Assembly: GCA_002269645.1 (NCBI GenBank)
Contig: NIVC01001761.1
Span: 1 to 64,000, forward strand
DNA length: 64,000 nt
DNA from: Macrostomum lignano
Taxonomy: Eukaryota
Direction: 5' to 3'
The stretch's first letter is position 1. Each line of letters opens with the position of its first letter. The notes below the pieces were generated by a model. That model had not been told where the DNA came from. It worked only from the letters and a program-made list of their open reading frames with translations, and did no database searches. Positions 50,070-62,600 of the stretch are shown here, piece after piece. The position numbers and the translations under genes were made by a program.

Positions 50070-52205
50070 ATGGACTTCCCGCCTCCGCCTCCACCGTCTT
50101 CTGCCTGCTTCTATGCCGCCCGTGCGTCCGATGACGGCGAGGCGGCCGACGATGACGACCTTGAGCGGCGTCGCCTGGTCGACCTGCTCGACCTGAACCC
50201 GACGGTGCTGTGCGACCGCGCTTTGCTCAACGCCGAGACGGCGCAGGCGGCTCTCGCGGTCGCCCGGCCGCAGCAGCGCCAGCTGGTGCCCTGTGGCTTC
50301 GTCAGCCCGCCGCTGCACGTCTTCATCTGCCTGGACCGCTGCGTGCGCCTCCGCCGCCTGGAGCTCCGGCCCGCCTACGCCCGGCACCGCCTGCGCTCCG
50401 CCCAGCTGCTCGGAGCCGCCGCCCAGTCCCAGCGCCTGACCGACATCATCGCCCGGCTAAAGTCCGGCGGCAGCGGCTGCAGCGACAGCCGGCAGCTGGC
50501 GGCGGAGCTCGACTCCTGCCCCGGCCTGGTCCGCCTGGCCAGCCTCCGCTTCCCCGCCGAGATGCGCCGCTGCCGCTTCGATGTGGCCCCGCCGGCCGGC
50601 GCCCGGGTTCGAGTCGCCGTCCTGAGAATCACCAGCGTGCAGCCCGGCTGCCTGCCGGCCTTCAGCGGCCTCCGCCTGCTGGCCGACCCGCCCGAGCCGC
50701 TGGCGGTGCCCGCCAGGGTCGCCGCTAAGCCACCGCCGCCGCTGCCGCTACAGTCTTTGATGTCGCCGCCGTTGCTTCCTCCGACGCTGTTGTCGCCGCC
50801 TTTGATGTCGCCCGTGCCGCTGCCGCCGCCGCCGAACGTGACTTCGCCGTCCGCGTCGCGTTCGCCAACCCCGCCTGAGGAGTTCGTGGATCCCATCACC
50901 TGCGAGCTGATGCAGACTCCGGTGCTGCTGCCCTGCGGCAAGAGCATCGACCAGGCCACTCTGGCCCGCTGCCAGCAGACCGGCGACCCCTTCACGGGGC
51001 TGGCCTTCACGCAGGTTGGTTTGTTGCGTTGAGTATGGGTGGCTGACAATGGCACTGTCTGACAATGTCTTTGATTAAGAATAGTCTTTTTGACAAATCA
51101 AAGTTTGAGATGAAATGTCAGACAGGAGACAGGGGAACTTCTGACACAGCAGGAATGTCAGACAGAAGACAGTGGAACTTCTGACACAGCAGGAATGTCA
51201 GACAGAAGACAGTGGAACTTCTGACACAGCAGGAATGTCAGACAGAAGACAGTGGAACTTCTGACACAGCAGGAATGTCAGACAGAAGACAGTGGAACTT
51301 CTGACACAGCAGGAATGTCAGACAGAAGACAGTGGAACTTCTGACACAGCAGGAATGTCAGACAGAAGACAGTGGAACTTCTGACACAGCAGGAATGTCA
51401 GACAGAAGACAGTGGAACTTCTGACACAGCAGGAATGTCAGACAGAAGACAGTGGAACTTCTGACACAGCAGGAATGTCAGACAGAAGACAGTGGAACTT
51501 CTGACACAGCAGGAATGTCAGACAGAAGACAGTGGAACTTCTGACACAGCAGGAATGTCAGACAGAAGACAGTGGAACTTCTGACACAGCAGGAATGTCA
51601 GACAGAAGACAGTGGAACTTCTGACACAGCAGGAATGTCAGACAGAAGACAGTGGAACTTCTGACACAGCAGGAATGTCAGACAGAAGACAGTGGAACTT
51701 CTGACACAGCAGGAATGTCAGACAGAAGACAGTGGAACTTCTGACACAGCAGGAATGTCAGCTGTCAACCCCCCCCCACCCCCACCGCCAGGACCGCCGC
51801 CCGGTGTTCAACTCCGCGCTGAAGCTCCGCCTTGACGACTTTCTCGCCCTCCGCCGGCGCAGGAAGCGGGCCGCCCAGACCGCCGCCGCCGAGACCGCCG
51901 CCGCTAGGGCCTCCGCCAAGCGGCGCCGCTGGTTCCTGCCGGCCGACCTGGACCCCTACAGCCAGCTGGCAGCCCTGCCGGAGTCCAGCTGCCAGCTGTG
52001 CAACGCCAAGGACACCCGGCACGCCTGGTACCGCCTGCCCTGCTCCCGGGACCGCGTCATCTGCTACGCTTGCCGCATGTCCATCAGCGTCATGTCCTGC
52101 AAACTGTGCTACTCCAGCCACACTCAGGCCGAGTTCCGCGCCAACAAGCTGCCCGTTGATGGCGCTGATGGCACCGGCGGCGACTGGCCGAACTGCTTCC
52201 GCTGA
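50070..52205 (+). CDS. UBOX5: U-box + RING E3 ligase (RNF37/UBOX5); exons 50070-51014, 51792-52205
   Basis: [12 protein letters not shown]-terminal motif; U-box [40 protein letters not shown]|[18 protein letters not shown]; C-terminal CQLC..YRLPC..RVICYAC..CKLC RING. Confidence 0.88.
51113..51760. repeat. 40-bp minisatellite GACAGAAGACAGTGGAACTTCTGACACAGCAGGAATGTCA in the UBOX5 intron
   Basis: About 16 copies, all but the first apparently identical. Confidence 0.97.
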
Positions 52206-52209
52206 TGCT

Positions 52210-52800
52210 GGATCTGATTGGAGTCTGACATGATCTGATTGGAATCTGACAAGATCTGATTGGAATCTGACAGGAACTAATTGTAGTCTGACAGGATCTG
52301 ATTGGAGTCTGACATGATCTGATTGGAATCTGACAGGAACTAATTGGAGTCTGACAGGATCTGATTGGAGTCTGACATGATCTGATTGGAATCTGACAGG
52401 AACTAATTGGAGTCTGACAGGAACTAATTGGAGTCTGACAGGATCTGATTGGAGTCTGACATGATCTGATTGGAATCTGACAGGAACTAATTGGAGTCTG
52501 ACAGGATCTGATTGGAGTCTGACAGGATCTGATTGGAGTCTGACAGGAACTAATTGGAGTCTGACAGGATCTGATTGGAGTCTGACAGGATCTGATTGGA
52601 GTCTGACAGGATCTGATTGGAGTCTGACAGGATCTGATTGGAGTCTGACATGATCTGATTGGAGTCTGACATGATCTGATTGGAGTCTGACATGATCTGA
52701 TTGGAGTCTGACAGGATCTGATTGGAGTCTGACATGATCTGATTGGGAGTCTGACATGATCTGATTGGAGTCTGACATGTCAGATATTGGAATCTGACAA
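52210..52800. repeat. 21-bp minisatellite ATCTGATTGGAGTCTGACA(G/T)G
   Basis: Starts right after the UBOX5 stop codon. Confidence 0.95.
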
Positions 52801-53277
52801 GATCCTATCAGAATCCCTGAGACCTATATTTATCCTAAACGTTGCTCTCAGCCTTATTCCTGTGTCTCCCCGCAGCCTTAGTTTATTAATTGCATGTACA
52901 ACACAGGTGAAATTGCCGTTCTGTTTTAATTGCAATTATTTCAAATCCTGTCTCGCTTTTCATTCGCGGCCGGCAGTTCAATAGGGACGGCTCTGGGCCT
53001 GTCTGTCCATTTGCTTTTGGCCTTCTGTTCCGTATGGTTCTTCTGCTTGAGACCAACTTCCACCTGTAAATCTGCGCTGCCTCTGCTTTGCTTGCTGTAA
53101 TATTTCCCTCATTAACACTTTTACAGAAATCTTCTTTTTCTGTTAGCCCAGTTTTTGAGGCTCTCTGATTTTACTTAAAATACACTGAATATGAGCACCT
53201 GGCCATGCCGGTCTGCGGAATTCGTTTTCCTCACTAAATGAGCTTCTTGGCCGCTTTGCCTGTTTCTGTTTTTGCTT

Positions 53278-53908
53278 GTGGATTACAGGTACAGGACAGA
53301 TTACAGGTACAGGACAGATTACAGGTACAGGACAGATTAACAGGTACAGGACAGATTACAGGTACACAACAGATTACAGGTACACAACAGATTACAGGTA
53401 CAGGACAGATTACAGATACAGGACAGATTACAGGTACAGGACAGATTACAGGTACAGGACAGATTACAGGTACAGGACAGATTACAGGTACAGGACAGAT
53501 TAGCAGGTACAGGACAGATTAGCAGGTACAGGACAGATTACAGGTACACAACAGATTACAGGTACACAACAGATTACAGGTACACAACAGATTACAGGTA
53601 CACAACAGATTAACAGGTACAGTACAGATTAACAGGTACAGGACAGATTACAGTTACAGGACAGATTACAGGTACAGGACAGATTAACAGGTACAGGACA
53701 GATTACAGGTACAGGACAGATTACAGGTACAGGACAGATTACAGGTACAGGACAGATTACAGGTACACAACAGATTAACAGGTACAGGACAGATTAACAG
53801 GTACAGGACAGATTACAGATACAGGACAGATTACAGGTACAGGACAGATTACAGGTACAGGACAGATTACAGGTACAGGACAGATTACAGGTACAGGACA
53901 TTACAGGT
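53278..53908. repeat. 18-bp minisatellite ACAGGTACAGGACAGATT
   Basis: Seen directly. Confidence 0.95.
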
Positions 53909-54269
53909 GCACGACTTTCTAATCGTAGAATGGCTACTTTGAATCTGAGCGAATCTCCTGTTTTTTATTAGAATTTTATGCGCAGTAATAAGACTGACGA
54001 AAAACTTACTTTGTATTTACCAAAAGCTTAGTATTTTTGCCCCGATATGGTGCGCATGACGAAATATTCGAGCTACAGTGCAAACTTTCGCATGTGGAAA
54101 ATGTCTTGAAATAGAAAAAAATTACTGACGCTGTTAGCGATTTTTACTACCATTTATGCTTGGATGAGCATTGTTAACTGGCTAAGAGAGTCACCACACA
54201 ATAATATGATGATAATTTCCTGACCTGACCATGCGCCGGAGCCGGAGGTCCCACAACTTCGTCGGTAGT

Positions 54270-54810
54270 CTGCGAGGGAGATCCCAGCCCGTTTGCAGAC
54301 TCCGAAGGAGATCCCAGCCCGCTTGCAGACTCCGAAGGAGATCCCAGCCCGCTTGCAGTCTCCGAAGGAGATCCCAGCCCGCTTGCAGACTCCGAAGGAT
54401 TAGAGCAACTGGGATTAAAACAGCTGGGATTAAAGCAGCTGAGATTAAAGCAACTGAGATTAAAGCAACTGAGATTAAAGCAACTGAGATTAAAGCAACT
54501 GAGATTAAAGCAAATGAGATTAAAGCAACTGAGATTAAAGCAGCTGAGATTAAAGCAACTGAGATTAAAGCAACTGAGATTAAAGCAACTGAGATTAAAG
54601 CAACTGAGATTAAAGCAACTGAGATTAAAGCAGCTGAGATTAAAGCAACTGAGATTAAAGCAACTGAGATTAAAGCAACTGAGATTAAAGCAACTGAGAT
54701 TAAAGCAACTGAGATTAAAGCAACTGAGATTAAAGCAACTGAGATTAAAGCAACTGAGATTAAAGCAACTAGAATTAAAGCAACTGGGATTCAAGCAACT
54801 GGAATTAACT
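54270..54810. repeat. 30-bp repeat (GCAGACTCCGAAGGAGATCCCAGCCCGCTT x4) followed by a 15-bp array GCAACTGAGATTAAA
   Basis: Seen directly. Confidence 0.93.
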
Positions 54811-55316
54811 TTTAACCTTCACAGTTCAGAATCAGGTGTTGCGCAATCGTGCCCTTTTCGCTCTCGTGCCCCGCCACAACCCTTCCAGTCTGCCACACCC
54901 CTCTATTTTTCTCAATCAATAATCAATGCGTACGCTGATCGCGCTACTTCACGTCACCTTCCCCTTAAAGGTACCCTTTATTTGTTCTTAGAGTATTCAA
55001 TATTCATGTATTCGTAGGTCAAATGACAAATATAAAAGAAAGTCGCTGTCTAGTGGGCAGTTGCCGCCTTGCTTATTTTGATCCTATCGTTGGCTACTTC
55101 AAAACAAACCCACCTGTCTACCACAACAAGTGCACGGCGAACTGCATCGGCTTTCGTGAGCTCCTGAGTTACTGTTCTTTTCCTACTTCTAGGGCGCGGG
55201 ACGGGAGCTCCAACTGGGAACCTGGGGGGTCGCAGCTTCCCAACTGGCTAGACTACAGGCGTCGCTCCGGAGGATGGGGCTCAAAACAGAGGTATCCAGT
55301 TTTTACCACCAGCCAT

Positions 55317-56060
55317 TCAGCGCACCAGATCGAGGAAGCTGCGGATCTCAGGCTCGGTCATTGTGTCGTTCATGACGGCCACCGCGTGCACCGTGTCCTT
55401 CAGCATTCGCGAATCGCCAAGTGAATAGCCCAGTTTCAGGCAGTTGCAGTTGGGAATGCTTGCTTTAGTATAAAAAGTTTCTCACAATCACCTGCCCTGG
55501 TGGCACGAAGCCTCCGTTGGAGAAAAATGTTCGGCTCGAGCGAGACGCCGACGTCAGGCCGACTTCCACGAACGAATTCGGGCTAAACGAGTTCGTTTCC
55601 GGTGCGGTTTGAAGTACAGGCTGATTGAAGCTGGTTCGTCGTCCCAGAAGACGGCTTCAAAGTTCTTGGTGGTGCAGTCGTAGCTCTCCAGAATTGCTAC
55701 ATTCTTGATCTCCCGCTTGAGCCTGAAGAGCCACATGAGAGCCTGCTGGTAGTTCGCGAGCTCCACGTTCTCCAGCCACATCTTGGACGACACTCCGTCG
55801 AGCTTGGCTCCCTCGCTGCTCCACTCCACATTCTCCGACATCCACTGCTGCGTCTGGCCGCACACCAAGTTGCTCCTGCTGGCGTCCGCATCGTCGCTCA
55901 TCACCCAGGCGGCCCTCAGCTTCGAGCCCACACCCAGCATGAGCTTCCTGCTCAAGGTGAGGAACTTGGCGGCTCTGTCATTGGCGAATGCGGCACAGCG
56001 GCGGGGCTGCGAGCTCTCTGCAGCAGCGAGTCCATCGATGAGGTGGCACACTGCGGTGTA
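55317..56060 (-). pseudogene. LamG/concanavalin-A-like (pentraxin-type) lectin-fold CDS, intronless, two apparent frameshifts (~55600, ~55475); 5' end unresolved
   Basis: Reconstructed: LRAAWVMSDD...NVEWSSEGAKLDGVSSKMWL...MWLFRLK...NSFVEVGLTS..RTFFSNG...LKLGYS...LKDTVHAVAVMNDTMTEPEIRSFL*. This follows the LamG jellyroll motif series W.LDE / W..G.L.FDG / W.HV..T / Y.NG / G.IDEVAVFN..LT..EI. Confidence 0.7.
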
Positions 56061-56159
56061 TTGGAAGAGCGAGCACTGGCGTACGCGTGTCAGTGGAGGA
56101 CCGCAGCCAGGGTCAGTACGCGAACCTGGGTCTGGAAAGGGGCTCGAAGGGACCGAGCC

Positions 56160-58720
56160 CGTGAACCCTATCACCACACTATTATTCTTTGAAGGCTAAC
56201 ATTAACCAGGCCGATGCGCAGATCCAGAAAGAATTTCTGCCCGACTGGCATCAAGCCGCAGATTGTCAGTGCCGTAGAGGCCATTCCCAAGCCTGGATCC
56301 GCCTCCGGTGCGACTCATTCACGAGTGCAGCCGGCCTGATGGACTCGCACTTGACGACTACTACTCGATGCCATCAAAGTTCCGTTTGACATCCGCTACG
56401 AACTCTTACATGTGTAAGGCTGACCTGATCCAAGCCTACCGTTCATGCGGGATCCACACTGATGCTCAAATGCTCGCCGGCATCAAGTACTTACCTCCTG
56501 GTAGCCGCGAACCAGTCTATCTCATAGACACCAGGCTTCCGTTCGGAGTAGCGGCTTCCGTCTGCTATTTCCAAAAGCTGAGCTCTGCCATCAGACTCCT
56601 GATGATCAAACGCGGTTTCTATAACACGGAGGCCTATATTGATAATTTTGCCTTCTGCGGTTCCTTGTCTGAATGCAGGGACTTCTATTCGGAGCTCAAG
56701 AGTCTCGTTGTGCACCTCGGTTTTGAGATCAACGAAGAGAAGTGTGTGCCACCGACTCAGTGCATGGTTTTCTTGGGAATCAGATTCCACTCTGTGGCTG
56801 AAACAATTCTGCCAACAAATGAAAGTCGGAGAAGCTGCAACTGCTGCTGAAGGATTGCCTAGCGAAGCCGAGGCTTTCCAAGCGGATGCTGCAGAGGGTG
56901 ATGAGGGACCTCATTGACGCTGCCGAGTCACTGAAACGCCCGAGTCATCGGGTCAAGATGAACACTCCACTGCACAGCTGCTTACTCTGGTGGAGCCTTG
57001 CGCTGGAAAGCCGTCGATCTGGGCCGATCTGGCAGCCAAACAAGCCCTGCCTCGCCATGGAGACAGATGCTTGTGGCCTGGGGGATGCTGCTATTCTCCA
57101 AGGTGCGAATGGTTGCCGGGACTGGCTCTACTTCAATTGGTCAGCTGTACTCAGACCGAGTACGATAATCTTCCTATTTATTACAAGGAAGCTGCGACTG
57201 TCCTTCTCTCAGTCCTCTGCTAGGGTAGCCAGCTTTTCGGCTATCGTATTGGCGTTTTCTGCGACGAGGCTGCGTGTGCTATTATGTGTAAAGAACCCAT
57301 CATTCTCCAGCTACTGCAACAACTGGCTCTGCTCTGTGTTCAAAATGATCTCGATCTGGAAGGTGCTGCACGTCCCGAGAACCACTCCAGTTGTTGGCCG
57401 ACCCGGGTTCCCCGCTGTATAGCCGCAGTCAGCTTGTGAATTTTCTGCAGCCACTGACTCTGCCCGACCACCCGTCGCTTTCTCAATTTTCAAGTCGCCT
57501 CTCTATTGCGGCCGCCGGCCACGCCGGGCCCCAAGCCCGCCGCCTGCTGAGTCTCGCCTACGCTAGCAGCTCCAGGCGGTCACTGTCATCCGCCGCGGCG
57601 GTCGGCACCGATCCGGTCAACTCTACCGTCGCCACGCCGCTCAACTACCTGGCGGAGCTGTGCTCCACTCGCCTTCGGTCACCCAGTAGCCTCTGAGTGC
57701 ATCTCGGCGCAATTTCTGCTTTTCCGCGATCCGCCAGTGCGGTCGACATCACGAAGCATCCCCTGGTGCTCCTCCTGGTTCGCGGCTCCCTCAGCGGCGC
57801 CCCACGGCGAGCTCAGGCACTCTCACCTGACGACCTGCTTCGCATCCGTCGCACCATTCACGAAGGCGACCCACGAGGCGTCGCATCCTGTGCGGCTGGT
57901 GGGCGATGTTGCGCGAATCCAGCCTGTTCCCCTAGTCAGCAGGATTGCAGGCGCTCCAACGAAAGGACCTGACAGCAGTGTCATCCGGCCTGGTTCTGAG
58001 CCTGAGGCACAGCAAAAACAATCAGTTCGGAGCCCGGGTGCAGCGCGTGCTGCTGCCGAAACTGTCCGGTGGCCACCCACTCTGCCCGACTGAACCCATG
58101 ATGCCACACCTTCGTGTCAACGGCGTCTCAGCTCCGTCCACCCCGCTCTTCTCGGCGTCAAGCGGCCAAAACGGGTCAACCTGTCAGCTTCCTACTTCGG
58201 TGGCTTCCTCCGAAATTCCCTGCGCTGCGCTGGACTTCAGAGCTTTGGTGTGCTGCACAGCCTGCGAGCTGGGCTGGCAGAGGATGAGACCAAAGCTGTC
58301 GGTGACTGGCGCAGCGACGCGGTTCGGTGACACCTACCTGAAAGTGACTTATCTTTCAGAGCTGCCAAGAAGATGGCTCAGGCGGTGCAGCGCCTTTGCT
58401 AACTCAGCCACTTCGTGACTTTTCCGTGGGCTAAATTTCTCATTGCGCCCTCTGCCATTTTTTCAAAACTTTTCTTTTCTTCTGTCGGTTTCTATTGGTT
58501 TACCTTCCTTGATTGCCTTTGAAATGTTTTTTTTTCCTTTTTTTAACCTTCGTAAACCTTCGTGCTCGGTGTTTTTTTGCTTCGTTCTCGTTGTGTCTGG
58601 TCTTTGTGTTCGGCATTGGACCTCGTTTGCGCCACCTGTGTTCTCAACAGCGTTGTTGGCTCTACGACCCAACCTCCCTCCGTACCCACCAATTCTAAAG
58701 TAAATCAGTGAGTTGGAATT
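56160..58720 (+). mobile_element. Decayed, 5'-truncated tyrosine-recombinase retrotransposon (Ngaro/DIRS type): RT ~56170-56830, RNase H ~57040-57420, YR ~57500-58418
   Basis: IVSAVEAIPKPG..RLIHECSRP, DLIQAY, RLPFG..S..YFQ, YIDN (YxDD mutated), LGFEINEEK..PTQ..FLGI; METDACGLG, YYKEA; YR SLRHSKNNQFG..LCP..HSLRAG..GDWRSDAV. RT-RH-YR are in tandem on one strand; many frameshifts. Confidence 0.88.
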
Positions 58721-58741
58721 CAGATTCACAAAATCCCTAGG

Positions 58742-59125
58742 GAGCGAGTACATGAGGTGGGAGAGTACATGAGGTGGGAGAGTGCATGAGGTGGGAGAGT
58801 ACATGAGGTGGGAGAGTACATGAGGTGGGAGAGAGTACATGAGGTGGGAGAGTGCATGAGGTGGGAGAGTACATGAGGTGGAAGAGTACATGAGGTGGGA
58901 GAGTGCATGAGGTGGGAGAGTACATGAGGTGGGAGAGTACATGAGGTGGGAGAGTACATGAGGTGGGAGAGTACATGAGGTGGGAGAGAGTACATGAGGT
59001 GGGAGAGTGCATGAGGTGGGAGAGTACATGAGGTGGGAGAGTACATGAGGTGGGAGAGAGTACATGAGGTGGGAGAGTGCATGAGGTGGGAGAGTACATG
59101 AGGTGGGAGAGTACATGAGGTGGGA
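58742..59125. repeat. 17-bp minisatellite GGGAGAGT(A/G)CATGAGGT
   Basis: About 22 copies. Confidence 0.95.
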
Positions 59126-59695
59126 AAGCGTATGAGATGGGAAAGTAGAAAGTCTGGCACCGGTTTAACCGTTTCTCTTTTTGCTTGTTGTTTGATTGCC
59201 TGTCAGTTCGAGCCGGTCTCAGATGAGCTGTTGAGAAGCGGTGCTCAGGACTGCAGAGCAGCTTCAGAGTGCCATCTCATCGATGGACTCGCTGCTGCAG
59301 AGGGCCGTAACTGACTGCAACAGCAGCAGGTCCGAGAGAAACTGCCTGCTCAGAGAGGTCCTCCAGCCGTCACTCCAGCTGGAGTGTTTTTGTCAGCCTG
59401 ACGATATGAAAATTCACTGAAGTGAAATTGCAAGTCTTCAAGTACTCGTGAGTAGCATCTTGCACCAATCAATGGGGGCTGAAGTTCGGGATAACAGCTG
59501 TCAGTCAGCATTTGCCTGCAGGTCTATAAAGACATGCAAATTTTTCACTGAAACTGCGCTGACTCAGGCAACTCACCGAATCGTGCAGGATTCGAGACTT
59601 TGTTCACCAGCTCGGGATGCTCAGTAAACTGTTGAGTAAGTTTTAAACTGTTTTGGTTTTGCTTGCTAAGTGAGACTCATGAGTGAGCCAAGGAT

Positions 59696-62600
59696 ATGAA
59701 TGTGGATTTGGATATGGATGTGGATGTGGATTTGGATTTGGATATGGATGTGGATGTGGATGTGGATGTGGATGTGGATGTGGATATGGATGTGGATGTG
59801 GATGTGGATGTGGATGTGGATATGGATGTGGATGTGGATGTGGATGTGGATGTGGATGTGGATATGGATGTGGATATGGATGTGGATTTGGATTTGGATA
59901 TGGATGTGGATGTGGATGTGGATATGGTTATGGATGTGGATGTGGATATGGTTATGGATGTGGATGTGGATATGGATGTGGATGTGGATTTGGATATGGA
60001 TGTGGATGTGGATGTGGATATGGTTATGGATGTGGATGTGGATGTGGATATGGATGTGGATGTGGATTTGGATATGGATGTGGATGTGGATGTGGATTTG
60101 GATATGGATGTGGATGTGGATGTGGATATGGATTTGGATATGGATGTGGATGTGGATGTGGATATGGATATGGATGTGGATATGGATGTGGATGTGGATG
60201 TGGATGTGGATATGGATGTGGATGTGGATGTGGATATGGTTATGGATGTGGATGTGGATGTGGATATGGATGTGGATATGGATTTGGATATGGATGTGGA
60301 TGTGGATTTGGATATGGATGTGGATGTGGATGTGGATATGGATTTGGATATGGATGTGGATGTGGATGTGGATGTGGATATGGATGTGGATGTGGATATG
60401 GTTATGGATGTGGATGTGGTTATGGATGTGGATGTGGATGTGGATGTGGATATGGATATGGATGTGGATATGGATGTGGATGTGGATGTGGATTTGGATA
60501 TGGATGTGGATGTGGATGTGGATTTGGATGTGGATATGGATATCGATGTGGATGTGGATGTGGTTATGGATGTGGATGTGGATGTGGATGTGGATATGGA
60601 TATGGATGTGGATATGGATGTGGATGTGGATGTGGATTTGGATATGGATGTGGATGTGGATGTGGATATGGATTTGGATATGGATGTGGATGTGGATGTG
60701 GATATGGTTATGGATGTGGATATGGATGTGGATATGGTTATGGATGTGGATGTGGTTATGGATGTGGATGTGGATGTGGATGTGGATATGGATATGGATG
60801 TGGATATGGATGTGGATGTGGATGTGGATATGGTTATGGATGTGGATGTGGTTATGGATGTGGATGTGGATGTGGATATGGATGTGGATGTGGATGTGGA
60901 TGTGGATGTGGATGTAGATATGGATGTGGATATGGATATGGATGTGGATATGGTTATGGATGTGGATGTGGATGTGGATGTGGATGTGGATATGGATATG
61001 GATGTGGATATGGTTATGGATGTGGATGTGGATGTGGATGTGGATATGGATGTGGATATGGTTATGGATGTGGATGTGGATGTGGATATGGATGTGGATA
61101 TGGATATGGATGTGGATATGGTTATGGATGTGGATGTGGATGTGGATGTGGATATGGATATGGATGTGGATATGGTTATGGATGTGGATGTGGATATGGA
61201 TGTGGATATGGATGTGGATATGGTTATGGATGTGGATGTGGATGTGGATATGGATGTGGATATGGATATGGATGTGGATATGGTTATGGATGTGGATGTG
61301 GATGTGGATGTGGATATGGATATGGATGTGGATATGGATATGGTTATGGATGTGGATATGGATGTGGATATGGATATGGATGTGGATGTGGATATGGATG
61401 TGGATGTGGATGTGGATATGGATGTGGATGTGGATATGGATATGGTTATGGATGTGGATATGGATGTGGATGTGGATGTGGATATGGTTATGGATGTGGA
61501 TATGGATGTGGATGTGGATGTGGATGTGGATGTGGATATGGTTATGGATGTGGATATGGATGTGGATATGGATGTGGATATGGATGTGGATGTGGATATG
61601 GATGTGGATATGGATATGGTTATGGATGTGGATATGGATGTGGATATGGATATGGATATGGTTATGGATGTGGATATGGATGTGTATGTGGATGTGGATA
61701 TGGATGTGGATATGGATGTGGATATGGATGTGGATATGGATGTGGATGTGGATATGGATATGGTTATGGATGTGGATATGGATGTGGATGTGGATGTGGA
61801 TGTGGATGTGGATATGGATGTGGATGTGGATGTGGATGTGGATGTGGATGTGGATATGGATATGGATGTGGATATGGATGTGGATGTGGATATGGTTATG
61901 GATGTGGATATGGATGTGGATGTGGATGTGGATGTGGATGTGGATATGGATGTGGATGTGGATGTGGATGTGGATGTGGATGTGGATATGGATGTGGATA
62001 TGGATGTGGATGTGGATATGGATATGGTTATGGATGTGGATATGGATGTGGATGTGGATGTGGATGTGGATGTGGATATGGATGTGGATATGGATGTGGA
62101 TGTGGATGTGGATGTGGATGTGGATATGGATGTGGATATGGATGTGGATGTGGATATGGATATGGTTATGGATGTGGATATGGATGTGGATATGGATATG
62201 GATATGGTTATGGATGTGGATATGGATGTGGATGTGGATGTGGATATGGTTATGGATGTGGATATGGATGTGGATGTGGATGTGGATGTGGATATGGATG
62301 TGGATGTGGATATGGATATGGTTATGGATGTGGATATGGATATGGATGTGGATATGGTTATGGATGTGGATGTGGATGTGGATGTGGATATGGATGTGGA
62401 TGTGGATGTGGATGTGGATATGGATGTGGATGTGGATGTGGATGTGGATGTGGATATGGATGTGGATGTGGATGTGGATGTGGATGTGGATGTGGATATG
62501 GATATGGATGTGGATATGGATGTGGATGTGGATATGGTTATGGATGTGGATATGGATGTGGATGTGGATGCGGATGTGGATGTGGATATGGATGTGGATA

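Noticed and set aside
51113-51760. CRISPR-like regular 40-bp repeats (also the 44-bp array at 37430)
   Set aside because: Units are contiguous with no unique spacers, there are no cas genes, and the context is eukaryotic
55023-55424. + strand 133-aa ORF as Ngaro gag
   Set aside because: No gag or zinc-knuckle features; its 3' part is better explained as the antisense of the LamG-like CDS end
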